Source: Ranitomeya imitator
Lineage: Eukaryota
Length of the DNA: 64,000 nucleotides
Assembly (NCBI RefSeq): GCF_032444005.1
Contig: NC_091282.1
Location: forward strand, 476,284,001 to 476,348,000
Reading direction: 5' to 3'
Under the pieces are notes generated by a model, which was given only the letters and a program-made list of their open reading frames with translations, ran no database searches and was not told the DNA's origin. Shown one piece after another: positions 47,843 through 61,699 of the stretch (position 1 is the first letter of the stretch; every line of letters starts with the position of its first letter). Both the position numbers and the translations under genes were made by a program.

Positions 47843-49120
47843 CAGTTCCAGTCATAATTATTTAACCCCCAGTGCAAATTAGGTTTATTAGTAAAATGTA
47901 CACGCTTTTTGCTGTTTGCAATACACTAATAAAACGAAAATTATTTGAATAACTCAACACAACTAATATATCAAGAGGTTTCTAGAAATTCAACACAAAA
48001 TGCCACTTTTAATGACTACTGTGGTCTCCAAATTATTCAACCCTTTCATGACAAGCATCTTTAGAACTGTTATGACCTGCTGTGAACATGATGTATAGTC
48101 AGACACCAATTTCTGGCAGTGTTACTGAGGAATCTTGGCCCATTCCTCATGGACAATGGCCTCCAGTTTACTAATATTCTTGGGTTGTCAACAGAGTGGT
48201 CTAAAAAGCTAAGAGACGAGATCATAGTCTTGTACAGTACAAACAAGGAAAAGGATACAAAAAGAGATAGAGTCAGGAGGATAGTTAAAGGAGCATTGGC
48301 TAGACTTCCTGGACTGACAGAAAGAGGAGGCCATCAGATTCCTGAGGAAGCAGGTGGTCAAAAAGCCCTTGAGTAAATGAAGGCCTGAGGAAAACTTATG
48401 GGTAGAAGGCACCGAAGTTTCAGATTTCACAGTAAGACACACTCAAAATGCTGATGGTCCGCTTGCCCGAAGTCCAGGATGTACAACTATGCTCAAAACC
48501 ATGCAAATAAACCACATAAGTTCTTAGATTCTGTTCTGTGAAGTGATTAATCAAAACTGGAACTTTTAGGACATGTGTCTGGAGGAAGTATGCGGGAAAG
48601 AACACCCTGCTTATAGTGAAGAATGGTGGTGCTTCGGTGACACTCTCAGGCAGATTTGCTTACTCTAATACAGGACACCAGTAGCTTTTCGAGAGATGTA
48701 CGGATTCAATCAAATATGATATTCTAAGAAAACGTCATACCTTATATGATGAAGCTAAAGTATGGGCATCATTGGACCTTCCAAGAGGACAATGTGCCAA
48801 AGCATACCCATTTTGGATTGGCGGTCAGTCAGCTGACAAAAATTTCATACAAAATCTTTGGTGAAATTTGAAGAATATGGTTGTAGGATGCAATCCCAAG
48901 AATATATATAACTTGAGGCCGTTGCCCATGAGAAATGGACTGAGATTCCTCAGAAAGATTGTCAGAAACAGCTCTCTAGATATGCCTCACATGTGCACCA
49001 GGTCATAACAAGTATGCTCTACTAATTAGTAAAGACACTTGTCATGAAGGAGCTGAGACTGTAGTAGTTTAAGTGTCATTTTGTGCTGAAATTGTGGAAA
49101 CCACTTGTTATGTTAGTTGT
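47843..49120 (+). mobile_element. Old, internally deleted Tc1 remnant
   Basis: Residual HWTFQEDNVPKHT and ...HEKWTEIPQKDCQK frames. Left end is TA|cagttccagtcataattatt. Confidence 0.55.
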
Positions 49121-49253
49121 GCTGAGTTGTTTACATGTTTTTGTTGTATTAGTTTTTTGGAAATAGTAGAAAGTGGTTATATAAGTTTCACTGCAACAGC
49201 AGATGACAACAAGATATGAGAAAGATAGCTCATTCCTGGGTATAAAGCATATA

Positions 49254-49789
49254 CTGTATTTTCTGGCGTATAAGACTACGTTTTAACCCCTGAAAATCTT
49301 CTCAAAAGTTGGGTGTCGTCTTATACGCCAGGTGTCGTCTTATAGGGCAGATGCGGAGTAATCAGCGGTCGCCGCATTTTGTGGGGGGAGCGGTCTCAAT
49401 GACGAGGTGAGGGGGCGCGTCACCGGGAAGGTGTAAGTGAAGCAGAGGCAGAGAAGGAGATAATAGGATACAAGGGTGAGCCAGATGAGTGAAAGAGGAG
49501 TGTTTTTCTAGGCACAGCATCACTCTCTCTCTTTTTTGCATACCCCTGGCATCCCAGACGCTGACAGTTTGCTTCACTTACACCTTCCTGGTGAGGCGCT
49601 CCATCACCTCGTCATCGGGACCACTCCCCCCCACTATATACGTCGACCGCAGATTGCTTCGCACCCACCCTATAAGACGACACCCGGCATATAAGACAAC
49701 CCCCGACTTTTGAGAAGATTTTATATTTTAACTGGAAAAGTTGGGGGTCGTCTTATACGCCCAGTCGTCTTATACGCCGGAAAATACGG
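49254..49789. mobile_element. Tc2/pogo-like MITE
   Basis: TA|ctgtattttctggcgtataagac...gtcttatacgccggaaaatacgg|TA. Confidence 0.8.
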
Positions 49790-50379
49790 TACTTTGATTA
49801 AAGTATCATATGTGATCATATTTCATTATAGAAACTGCAGACATTATTAAAATACATGTCTTAGACCCAGAGGCGGGCAAAGCTTCTGAGTGGACCCCTA
49901 ACCAGGTAACCTTGATTACAGCTGGGTGACGCGCCCTAATAGTGGAGGAGAACCTCAGCAGATGACAGCAATGTTACTGAAGATGATACCCCAATACTGA
50001 GGCGCTGCTGCCGTATATGTCCCTATTACTGCCCCTGCTGTGTGGTTCTGTGTGCCCTCTAAATTCTAGAGCATCCCTCTATAATATAGCAATGCCAGGA
50101 GCTAGTGCCCTAGAAAACAGTGCCCATATTTTGCCCCCTAGAAAGTAATATTGCCCTGTGTGCCCCTTTGATAGTCACAGTAACCTGAGTTCCCCTATAA
50201 CAATAAGTGCCCACTTTACATTTAATAATGTCCCCTGTACAGCTCCCTTATACACAGCATGATGCTCTTATACACAGTATAATGCCCCCTTAGTAGCCTC
50301 CAAACTGTTTGATGGCTCCAACACTGTAATCCCCACACTGTAATATGCCCCTCTAGATAGCCTCCATATAGTATAATGC

Positions 50380-50940
50380 ACCAGATAGTCCCCAATATAG
50401 TATAATGCACCAGATAGTCCTCAATATAGTATAATGCACTCCCCATAGGCCTACTCTATATTGCATAATGCACCCCCATAGGCAGACTCTATAGCACAAG
50501 GCAGCACCCATAGGCAGACCCTGTAGTAAAAGGTGGGACCACGCAGGCAGACCCTGTAGTATAAAGCAGCACCCCTATAGGCAGACCCTGTAGTATAAGG
50601 TAGCACCCCTATAGGCAGACCGTGTACTGTAAGACAGCCCCCCCTAGGCAGACCCTGTAGTATAAGGCAGACCCCCATAGGCAGACCCTGTAGTATAAAG
50701 AAGACCCCCCATAGGCAGACACTGTAGTATAAGGCAGACCCCCCATAGGCAGTCCCTGTAGCATTAGGCAGACCCCCCCATAGGCAGACCCTATAGTATT
50801 AGGCAGACCCCCCGTAGGCAGACCCTGTAGTATTAGGTAGACCCCCCATAGGCAGACCCTGTAGTATTAGGCAGAGCCTGTAGTATAAGACAGTACTCCC
50901 CCCATAGGCAGATTCTGTAGTATAAGGCAGCACCCCTTAA
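50380..50940. repeat. ~33-bp minisatellite (ggcagaccctgtagtataaggcagacccccata-like)
   Basis: Visible tandem units. Confidence 0.8.
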
Positions 50941-51599
50941 AAAAATAAATACTTACCTCTCTTCTTCCTGGTTCCTGCGCTGCTCTGAGCTCCTGCTCGT
51001 CTCCTGACAGCGGGTGTCGGGAAGTGACTCATCGCGCCTGCTGTCAGCGTCGCCGACGTCAGACGCCGACCGGGGGATGATGGGGGAAGGAGAGCAGCGC
51101 AGCGCTCCTTCCCTCATCATTGCGGTCAGCTGTATTGGCTAAATGCCGATCAATTCTCCCTGCTCTGCGCAGAATGTAATTATGCGCGCCGATACAGTTA
51201 CAGTAGTGTAAGCTACTGCTTAGACCTGATGAAGCTGGGGTATTTAATTTGAAAAACCACATCAGAATGTTTTTATAATCCTCAAATTAAAATGAGCAGT
51301 GTATCAGCGCAGCTAGAACAGGACTCGCATGATGCTCATTTTCACTCATTCACTTTTGGGGATAATTTTTCTTACTTAAAGGGGTTGTCCACTACTAGGA
51401 CAACCCCTTCTTGTACTAAATGTTTGGTATCAATAAATTAAAAAAAGCCTATACTCACCTCCCGTGCTAGCGACCTTTCAACGGTGTCAGCACTCGCGGT
51501 CCTGGAGCTCTGGCCTGTCCGGGCTGCAGCTAATCTCTGTGTTCCTGTTCATGTTCACGATGTCCATTTGGCCATGACTGATTTTGTTTCCTTAAGAAG

Positions 51600-52733
51600 G
51601 TCGGTCAGGGGTGCGGCCACCATGGCAAAGTTTTGAATGAACCTCTGAAGCACCCCATAATTCCCATAATGACCATATATGGCTTTTTTGAGAGAGGTTT
51701 TGTGCGGTTTTGAATTGCATCCATTTTATTGATCTAGGTTTCATTTCCCCTCTACCTACTATATATCTAAGGTTTTTGGCTTCCGTCTGGCCCCATGGCC
51801 ATATTTTTTAAGATTGATAAAGAACCTTCCTTCCTGAGAGCATAATTCATCATCTAGGCCTTTCCCAGATAATTTTCCCAATCTGGGCTGAAGATTACAA
51901 TATTGTCCAGGTATGCCGCAGTGTAATTCTTATGTGGTGCGAGGGTCCAGTCCATGGCACTCTGGAATGGGACTGTAGCTCCCTGCTGCTGTTTCAGATC
52001 TGTTGCCGGTGCTGCTGCTGGAGCTGTTGCACGAGCAGCTTACTTGTCTCCTGTTGTGCCAGTCGTTGCTACTGTAGCTGTTGCTAGGCTTGCACGAGGT
52101 GTTTAATTAGCTTCTCCATGCTGTCTGACACTGCTCACTGACCTATAGCCACATTCACCCAGGACATGCAGCACTTCTGTAATAGTTATACTTGTTCCCT
52201 GGGAACGCTGCCCGCATTCTCCACCAAATATAACTATGCTACTCACTTGGGAGCGATAGGAGGTATCACAGGAACCGTTTCTATTTAAAAGTCTGGCTGG
52301 TTTATTTCATGAAGTCCTCATAAACCACATCACAGGAAACTCTAATACAGCCCTTGTCCGGCAAAAAGTAAAACATAAATCAAAAAGTCCATACAATAGT
52401 GCTGGTTAGCCCACCTGGCTTAGTGTCTAGTTTCTTAGTCCTTTAGCATCCAGGAGATCTGCACACCTCCATACACATAGATATGTGTGAGACAAACAGG
52501 TCTCTTTTTACAAAGTGAACCACACCCATGGGTGGAGATATGGTGAGCAGAAGTCTCTCCCAACCCTTCAGGTGCTCATAATCAATCTGTCATGGCCAAA
52601 TAATCTATTTTAGTCCTATCTGTACAAAATCATTACTTCAGGTTTATCTGCCATCCACTAGGTGTCCGACAACCACCTTACACCACACATATATGGCATA
52701 CTCTCTACTGGCATTCTTAAGATCTGCAGGGAC
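51600..52733 (-). mobile_element. Internally deleted Ty3/Gypsy LTR retrotransposon (LTR, tRNA-Ala PBS, gag start, RT fragment)
   Basis: PBS TGGTGGAGAATGCGGGCA at 52226-52209, 2 nt after an LTR-like end gttata. Gag-like MEKLIKHLVQA*QQLQ* and RT-like NYTAAYLDNIVIFS near 51895-51935. Confidence 0.7.
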
Positions 52734-52745
52734 ACACTGGTAGAA

Positions 52746-55218
52746 TCTTCTTATATATAATTGCCTAGAATACTACTTCCTGCAATTTGTGCCAACTTCC
52801 TGTCCGGAGCTAATGTCCAGAGATAAGTGACGTCAACAGTGTCCAGTGTCTGATTGGTTGCCGCCTGCTGCGAGCGACCAATCAGAAACGTGCCGTACTG
52901 TGACACACTCCGCCCGCCATTTTGGTGTGATTTTTGAATTTTTACCTCACAGCAAGTTTCTACTGCGTGGAGGCGGGCCCAGTGACGTTGCTCTTCAAGC
53001 TCCTGCCGAATTTCGTCAAAAAAATGATAATACCATTTACCAAAACTATATATATTTAGTTGTGAAGTGGTTCAGTGACATTTTCACACCAATTTTGAAC
53101 TTTTGTTTGGTGTTTTCTCCATATACTGCCTATTATTCACTGACTGTTATACTGAGAGACTGCTGTTTATTAACCTCTTCTTTGCCACATTGGGTATATT
53201 GCTCTATTATTTGCCACATAAGGACATTGTCCATTATTGCCCAGCAATTTCTCTGCAATATAAACTGCCTATTTATTAATATCTGCATTCCTGCAAAGAA
53301 CTATTGCCTATTATTAACTGGGTATTTTCCTACTACCTGACATTGTTCTTAAGCAAAGAACCGTTGTTGTGGCATTTGCCACAACACGCAAAGTTGTCGT
53401 CTGATGTCTTTCATCCCTCCCCTCATAAGCATGTTCATGGATCCTGTGTAACTGTACCTTAAATAACAAGAATTGTCAAGAGCTGGTGAGTGCAGCCATT
53501 TTTTGTTCTTTCTTACTATTATTTATTAATCGTATTATTTTTACATTTGAATAAATAAAGTACAATGGGGCAAAAAAGTATTTAGTCAGTCAGCAATAGT
53601 GCAAGTTCCACCACTTAAAAAGATGAGAGGCGTCTGTAATTTACATCATAGGTAGATCTCAACTATGGGAGACAAACTGAGAAAAAAAAATCCAGAAAAT
53701 CACATTGTCTGTTTTTTTATCTTTTTTTTTGCATATTATGGTGGAAAATAAGTATTTGGTCAGAAACAAACAATCAAGATTTCTGGCTCTCACAGACCTG
53801 TAACTTCTTCTTTAAGAGTCTCCCCTTTCCTCCACTCATTACCTGTAGTAATGGCACCTGTTTAAACTTGTTATCAGTATAAAAAGACACCTGTGCACAC
53901 CCTCAAACAGTCTGACTCCAAACTCCACTATGGTGAAGACCAAAGAGCTGTCAAAGGACACCAGAAACAAAATTGTAGCCCTGCACCAGGCTGGGAAGAC
54001 TGAATCTGCAATAGCCAACCAGCTTGGAGTGAAGAAATCAACAGTGGGAGCAATAATTAGAAAATGGAAGACATACAAGACCACTGATAATCTCCCTCGA
54101 TCTGGGGCTCCACGCAAAATCCCACCCCGTGGGGTCAGAATGATCACAAGAACGGTGAGCAAAAATCCCAGAACCACGCGGGGGGACCTAGTGAATGAAC
54201 TGCAGAGAGCTGGGACCAATGTAACAAGGCCTACCATAAGTAACACACTACGCCACCATGGATTCAGATCCTGCAGTGCCAGACGTGTCCCACTGCTTAA
54301 GCCAGTACATGTCCGGGCCCGTCTGAAGTTTGCTAAAGAGCATTTGGATGATCCAGAGGAGTTTTTGGGAGAATGTCCTATGGTCTGATGAAACCAAACT
54401 GGAACTGTTTGGTAGAAACACAACTTGTCGTGTTTGGAGGAAAAAGAATACTGAGTTGCATCCATCAAACACCATACCTACTGTAAAGCATGGTGGTGGA
54501 AACATCATGCTTTGGGGCTGTTTCTCTGCAAGGGGGACAGGACGACTGATCCGGGTACATGAAAGAATGAATGGGGCCATGTATCGTGAGATTTTGAGTG
54601 CAAACCTCCTTCCATCAGCAAGGGCATTGAAGATGAAACGCGGCTGGGTCTTTCAACATGACAATGATCCAAAGCACACTGCCAACGCAACGAAGGAGTG
54701 GCTTCGTAAGAAGCATTTCAAGGTCCTGGAGTGGCCTAGCCAGTCTCCAGATCTCAACCCTATAGAAAACCTTTGGAGGGAGTTGAAAGTCCGTGTTGCC
54801 AAGTGAAAAGCCAAAAACATCACTGCTCTAGAGGAGATCTGCATGGAGGAATGGGCCAACATACCAACAACAGTGTGTGGCAACCTTGTGAAGACTTACA
54901 GAAAACGTTTGACCTCTGTCATTGCCAACAAAGGATATATTACAAAGTATTGAGATGAAATTTTGTTTCTGGCCAAATACTTATTTTCCACCATAATATG
55001 CAAATAAATTGTTAAAAAAACAGACAATGTGATTTTCTGGATTTTTTTTCTCAGTTTGTCTCCCATAGTTGAGGTCTACCTATGATGTAAATTACAGACA
55101 CCTCTCATCTTTTTAAGTGGTGGAACTTGCACTATTGCTGACTGACTAAATCCTTTTTTGCCCCACTGTATATATGGATTCTAGACTCCCGATTCTTTAG
55201 AATCGGGCTGCCGTCTAG
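52746..55218 (+). mobile_element. Non-autonomous Helitron interrupted by Tc1 copy 2
   Basis: 5' A|TCTTCTTATATATAAT. 3' hairpin cccgattct-tt-agaatcggg followed by ctgccgtCTAG|T. Confidence 0.7.
53563..55168 (+). mobile_element. Young full-length Tc1 (DD34E) transposon, copy 2
   Basis: Nearly identical to 27617-29223, with TA TSD. It has an extra T at ~54361-54365 and a TGA at 54804-54806. Confidence 0.95.
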
Positions 55219-55991
55219 TACGGTAATTAATAAGTGTCTTACAGCGTTTAACAAGGGTGATAGCAGTGATAGCAAGCGCTTTGTTCTCAGCAGTCATTTG
55301 ATTGCTAAGTTATGGGAGGAAGCAGGGGTTGCTGCACCCTTAGAGACACCTCCAGATCTGCTATGCAGGTAGCAGGCAGTGTTTCCACTGTAACTGGAGC
55401 CAATATACCAGCCTCAGTTACAGGGAAAATTAGGTAGTAAACAAAAAGCATTTATTATTGCAAGGTCCAGCAAGGTTTTTTATGACCTTTTAAGATATAT
55501 TAATTTATACTTATAGTGCACAATATGTGAAGCAAATTAAAAATAGATGAAAAAAATGCAGGTAAAAAAATAAATAATAAAAGAAAGCCACTGTCAATCC
55601 AAAAGGCTGTTAATAGCCATTTTAGTGGTACTTTGTGGGTATAAAAAAATATATACAAAATGTAAAAAACAGACAAGCATTTCATTTATACAATATACTC
55701 ATAAATGATCTCTTATTCTGAAAATTCACCTGAAAGTGTAGTTACATTTTAGAGTAAGCCGAATGAAACGTGAATTTATATTGCCTGTTCTCTTCTCGAA
55801 AATATAGTAATGGCATAAAATACAATTCCATGTGTTTTGGTGTACTTTAAAAAAGTAGTGATAAATATTAGAAAAATTAAAGCGACCAGGATACACTTTT
55901 AATTACTTGTCTTGCTGTATCACCATCCTACAAGAAACAGTTTCCCTTCATATCTTTGTGTAAAATCCATGGCTTGATGAAAGCTCCTTAC

Positions 55992-56118
55992 CAGATGTCA
56001 AATTCTTTGCAGTGCTCTGCGATTTGTGCATCTCCGTTTCCTTAAACGTAAGGTCCTCTTGCATAATTTTCAGATCTTGAGATGTAACCAAAGAGATTTG
56101 TTTCATTCGATTTATATT
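55992..56118 (-). CDS. IFT74: IFT74 coding exon (127 nt)
   Basis: AG|[42 protein letters not shown](E)|GTAAG. Confidence 0.95.
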
Positions 56119-56331
56119 CTGTATCAAATGAGAATTGTGCCAATATGAATGCATTTTTGGCAAGAAACATAGAGGAAATCATGAAAACAAAATCCCACTT
56201 GTCATGCAAAATGTGTCATGTACTTACTATATCAAGAAATGTCTGCTTTGTGGTGCCAGAGTACCGGCTAGAGTGGACAGCCCTACACAGCAAAGGATAT
56301 CCTTCTGTCCGGGCAACTGACGGGGACTCAC

Positions 56332-56429
56332 CCTGCTTGAGTGTTCCAGGAGTGTGATAATATTCGCTTCTATCTCGGACTTCCTCTCCGTCTCTTGATT
56401 CTTATTTTCTTCAAAACTGGAGAAAAACC
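56332..56429 (-). CDS. IFT74: IFT74 coding exon (98 nt)
   Basis: AG|(R)FFSSFEENKNQETERKSEIEANIITLLEHSSR|GTGAGT. Confidence 0.95.
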
Positions 56430-57049
56430 CTGAAAGCATAACCTCAAAGTTGTGATAAGAGAACCCGTATGTGTAGTGGTCATCACAGGCACAGATACGG
56501 GCCTAACAACATAATTTCACGTATTAATAAGTTATATTACTGAATCCCAGTGGATTAGATTATGATCTAGAGAAGAAATTGCCAAACCTTTTCTCATGAG
56601 GCTTCAACAGATAACCTAGAGCCTCACCAGACTGACCCACCTGATGTCTGCACCCTAGCCAACTCTAGTGGACGTCCATAATAAAATTCAAAACATCTCT
56701 TCATTTTTTCTTTCCTAACCCAAATATAATATTATAATAAGTGCAATATAAGTGAACTGCTTTGGCATCGCTAGTGTCAAAGATCAAGGGCTCCAGACCC
56801 AAACTTCTAGCCCACAGAACCAGTGACAGCCACATGGAACTGTCAGCATCAACATGACACCAATACAGTTCAATTCTGTGATAAGGATCCTGCCCTAACT
56901 CTCTGTAAGTCTGAAGATTATAAGAGGTCAGTGTTCTGCCACAATGATGTTATTACATTATGCCACCTGTGACGGCTCGCTGTTTATACCACTCAGGAGA
57001 GCAGACAGAAGCTGTGGTGGTCTTGTAATTAGTGGTAGGTGACTATAAA

Positions 57050-57860
57050 ACTCATGGTTTTAATACTATTTGGCTGTGGAAGCACCATACTGTGTCTAGC
57101 AAGCTGTGGGGACATTATATAGCGAAACGGTGCTGTTGGGGATAGTACTGTGTGTAGGGGCATCATACTGTATAAGAACCTTGGCAATATCATACTGGGT
57201 GGAGGGCTATGCATCTATTATACCTTGTGCGGGGGTTGTCTGGTGCTCATACTCCTCCCTGTGTGTAAGTGTGTGTGTTTTTGTGTTGTGGTGGGGGGGC
57301 TGTGGGTCAATTATACTATGTGAGGGGGTATCATTCTGTGTGTGGGGGCATCCTACCATGTATGAGGGCTGTAGGGTCATCATATTATGTGTTTCGGCTG
57401 AGAGGGCATCAGACTGTGGATGTGGACATTATACTGTGTGCTGGCAATGAAGGGTCATCATACTATGTGAGGGGGTTGTGCGGCCATCAATCTGTATGTG
57501 GGACATCGTACTATGTATGGGAGCTGTGTGGCCATAATACGGTGTGTGGAGGCTGTGGAGATATCATACTGTTTATGGGGGCATTAGACTCTGGGGGCTG
57601 TGTTGACATTATACTGTGAGGGGTACTGTTGGCATATCATACTCTGGAGGAGATCATACTGTGTGGGGGAACTGTGAAAGTATTATATTGTGTTTGGGGC
57701 ACTGTGGCAGTATAATATTGTGTTGGGGCACAATGGGGGCATCATACTTTGCTGGGGGCACTGTGGTGTCATCATACTTTGCATGTGGGGAATTCACTGT
57801 GGGGGAATCGTACTTGGTGTGTGAGCCATCATACTCTATGTGGTCCATGAGTGATCTAGT
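57050..57860. repeat. Degenerate minisatellite (catcatactgtgtggggg-like)
   Basis: Recurrent catcatactgt/atattatactgtg motifs at roughly 30-35 bp spacing. Confidence 0.6.
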
Positions 57861-59091
57861 GGGTGAGAACATTAAAGGGATTCAATAGGGGTACAATTAT
57901 TGTGTAAATGCAGTAATACATGTTCCTCTCCCTATACAGTAAATAAATGGATATTTGTGGACAGTTTCCGCGCTACTAGATGAACTTGAGACATGTAATC
58001 TGGTGAAGTAAGCGAAGGCAGTGGTTTACACGATACATACAGGACTGACAACTCCACTAAATATAGTAATGACACAATTTTTTTTTTAAAGTATTGTGGT
58101 CACTGTTCCATGATGCAAGTGCCGCCAGGATGAGGAGTTTTCTTATACATACTGCAAATAAGTTGTGGCTGGAAGAAGTCATCATGATGGACTGGGTCAG
58201 ATGAAAACATAAACCAGTCCCACTAGAATGAACATCACAGGTAAGTCGCTATACCAAATATAACTGTACTGTAATCACTTATATGCAGTAGGAGGACTGG
58301 TATCTACCACTACATGGTCACACTTGTTAATAGTGTGTGTTTTTGGTTTTATCTTTTAGTATTAATTTTGTGGAGCAATTCGGTCATTATGTGGGGTTGT
58401 ATGGAGGTATTTTTGGTAATGCTGGTCTTTACATAGTGTGTTTTGTTCTGTAGAAATACGGTAATATTATCGATTTACTATATAGTGGTAATGGCATTGG
58501 TAGCCATGTAGCGGTATTATTTGGGCCTTGTGTAGTGGTAATTTTGGTCTCAAAATATTTGTATAAAAAATGGACTCATTCAGACGTCTGTTTTTCAGGT
58601 ACGTGCTCTATCAGATAGAACATGTACCCATTCTATTCTATGGGGAGGTGCACATGTCTGTGTTTTTTGCGGATTGAGCAGTCTGCAAAACATCAAGAAT
58701 ATATGACCGTTTTTGATCAGAGACAAGGATCAAAATTACCCATACAAGTCTATGGGTCCCTGATGCAGTGTATAGGAGAAACTTTACAATTTATTTATTA
58801 TTTCATCAGAGAAAATCACTGACAAGTCTGATGGTAAAAACGGACACTGACCAAACACTGATGAAACCCAGATCCAAAACACTGATGAACAAAGGTCTAT
58901 GTTTTTATGTGAGAGAAAAATCACGTTTGACTGAATGATACCTTCGAATGCATGTAAAACAAATATATCTCACATGTCAAAATGTAGTGGCTGCAAATGG
59001 TGACAATTTGTGATAAAACCGCTTGTGGTTTTGATGTATTTGAGACGATTTGGTAAAAAAAAAGTTAGGTAAATGTCCCTATAACAAGGAT

Positions 59092-59330
59092 ATTCTCTAT
59101 CGCCTTTCATTGGGGGACACAGGAACCATGGGTGTATGCTGCTGCCACTAGGAGGCTGACACTATGCAAATAAAAAAGTCAGCTCCTCCCCTGCAGTGTA
59201 CACCCTACCGACAGGAAGTAGGATATTCAGTTTAGCTTAGTGTCAGTAGGAGGTGGACACGGGTCTTTCATTAGACCCTTATCTACCTCAATGTGCGTCG
59301 TTCCTTTTCAGGTTTTTCCGGAGGGGATAT
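59092..59330 (+). mobile_element. Terminal fragment of a DIRS1-like retrotransposon
   Basis: ttctctatcgcctttcattgggggacacaggaaccatgggtgtatgctgctgccactaggaggctgacact resembles recalled amphibian DIRS1 termini. No coding part is present. Confidence 0.55.
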
Positions 59331-60577
59331 GATAAGCACCAGAGAACACATGGATACCACCTAAATCCCTAATGCACAACGCTTACCTGGACGCTCCACT
59401 AGGTACTTAATAGAGATTTGTGAACAAATAGTTAGTTTAGTAAAACTCCTATCATCATATCAAATATGCTCAGTAAGCCGATTCACACATGCTAAAGATG
59501 CAGCCACAAGTGCCTTTAAAGATGCCCTGTCACTTGTAAAAATCCCCGAGCTTCCCCGATTATGCCGCTTTTTTCTATTTTGCGTTGCATCACTCCATTG
59601 CAAAGGTATTCACATTTGGTGCTTCTGGAGTGTTCAAGCACTAGCGATTGGCTGCAGTGGTCATATCCCGTTTGAAGAGGAGGAAAGAGCTACGAGACAG
59701 TTTTTTTCTGCTGCAGCCAATCAGTGGCTGATAAGTGGCTGTAGCAGTCATCAGTCACCGTTCAACCAGAAATGAACACCAGGAGACCGGGAAGGGACAC
59801 CTGCAGCAGTATGGAAAAGTGGAAGACGTCCGGTAGTGGAGAATAGGCTTTTTTTTCCTAATGAAGGATCATCATTGACCTTTTTTTTTAATTAAGTAAA
59901 AAGTAGCTTTAGAAAAGTACTTAGTGTGAACAGTCCCATTTGAGATAGCATGAGACATTGTGGCGAGTCTCATTGCTGGGAGCCCATGATATCAAATGTG
60001 TCCATTGGAGGAATCAGTGTGTAAAATCATGTACAGTACATACCCAATGTATGAGATTTGTGGGGTCATGAGCAAGGCTCCAGGCAATACGGGGTTCCAA
60101 AAAAGCAAATTTATAAACTGGCATGAAACGATTTTAAAATTGGTGAATTTTTAACTGATAATATAATGTAAAAAAATATTAATCCTGAGTACATGCTTGA
60201 TTCATTTTTTTCTGTACAACATCGGCTGTCCATTTTATTTATTTTGAGGCACATAGGAAAAGTGGCTGGTGGATGTAAAAATACCAGGAAACCAAGAAAC
60301 TTAAATTTCCTGGCAAACTATTTCTTCCTTTAAAAGGAATCTCAATTCTCAGCGGAAGACATATAGGTAAACAAGCTTATTGTGTGCAAGACACATTTTG
60401 ACATAACACTTTTATTTTCTAAAGACAGCTTCCTATTTTGAAATGTAATAAATCATGCAAAATGGAAAAAGACAATAAAAGAAAACATGGAAAAATACTG
60501 TACGGTGTGGCACAGGCAATGTTATGTATGTTACACTGTGTGAAGCTGAACATGCAGACCTGCAAACTACAACTTAC

Positions 60578-60631
60578 GGTCCATGCTTTCTTCTCGCTTT
60601 CTCAGTTCTTTGTACTTTTGTTTCTTCTCCC
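60578..60631 (-). CDS. IFT74: IFT74 coding exon (54 nt), most 5' exon found in the window
   Basis: AG|(G)EKKQKYKELRKREESMD(R)|GTAAGT. Corresponds to recalled human GEMNQKYKELKKREEHMD. Confidence 0.9.
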
Positions 60632-61699
60632 CTACGATTAAAAAGGATTGATACATGTTAATAACCCCTCATACTGAAGGTCTGATTGGCCTAATAGGGC
60701 ACTGATATACCTCTGTAGGGCTTTACTGTACCTGCGTATGCTTCTGACCTTATTAAAAGTTTTGGCCAAAACGGTTATAAAAACAAGTAAATTTAAAGGC
60801 ATTTCCCAGCCACCTTTTTTTAGGCAAATTCTGAGTGAAAATAATAAACAGCAGCTACTCATCTACTGATTCCCAACGGCTCTTGTTCTGCTTCTCCTCC
60901 GCTACTGAGGGCACATGCCTGCTGTATCCAATCCATGGCCGCAGCAGTGACCCTCACCTTAAACACATTGTTCTTCAGAGGTGCCAGTGATTCCCTGGTA
61001 AGGAATTGACACTATGGCCAGCAACCTCAAGGTATACCTCAACTTTGTCATTCAGCTTACATGCAAATGTGTTAAAGAGGACTTGTCGCCAGATCTTACA
61101 ATCTGCTTACATCATGGAAATTATCACCTAGTGACAGAGTGGGAAACACTGGCTCGGTGGTTCTTATCGGCGGTAACATTACCGCCAATAAGACAGTCGG
61201 TCAGAGCGCTGCGGGGTCATTCTGTAAGATGTCAGTATCACCCCGCAGCTGTGACCCGTGGTAAAACGCTTCATCAAGCTATGCCTTCTGTCACTGATAA
61301 TAGTGATGGCAGGAGCCGCTGATGGGAGAAGTAGTCTAATCAGCTGGCGCCTGTGCTCAAGCTTTAAAAAAAAAAAAAAAAAAAACAACAAAAAAATAAT
61401 TACATACATATTCAAATAAAAATAATAAACACATTATACTCACCTAATACCAAATCCCCGATGCCCTCGTCTGCTATAAAAAAATAATTAACTACCATAT
61501 ACACACCTGTCCACTGTAGTCCATGCAACCCCGAGTGTCCCACTGCAATCTCATCGCCAGATGTGACTGCTCTACCCAGCTGCCGGCGATACACTGACAG
61601 GAGGAAATTGCTCCTGCAGTGTATCACTGAGCTGCTGTGAGAGAGGTCACTGGAGTTCATCAGCTGATCAGCTCCAATGCGCTCTCTTACTGCACCGAT

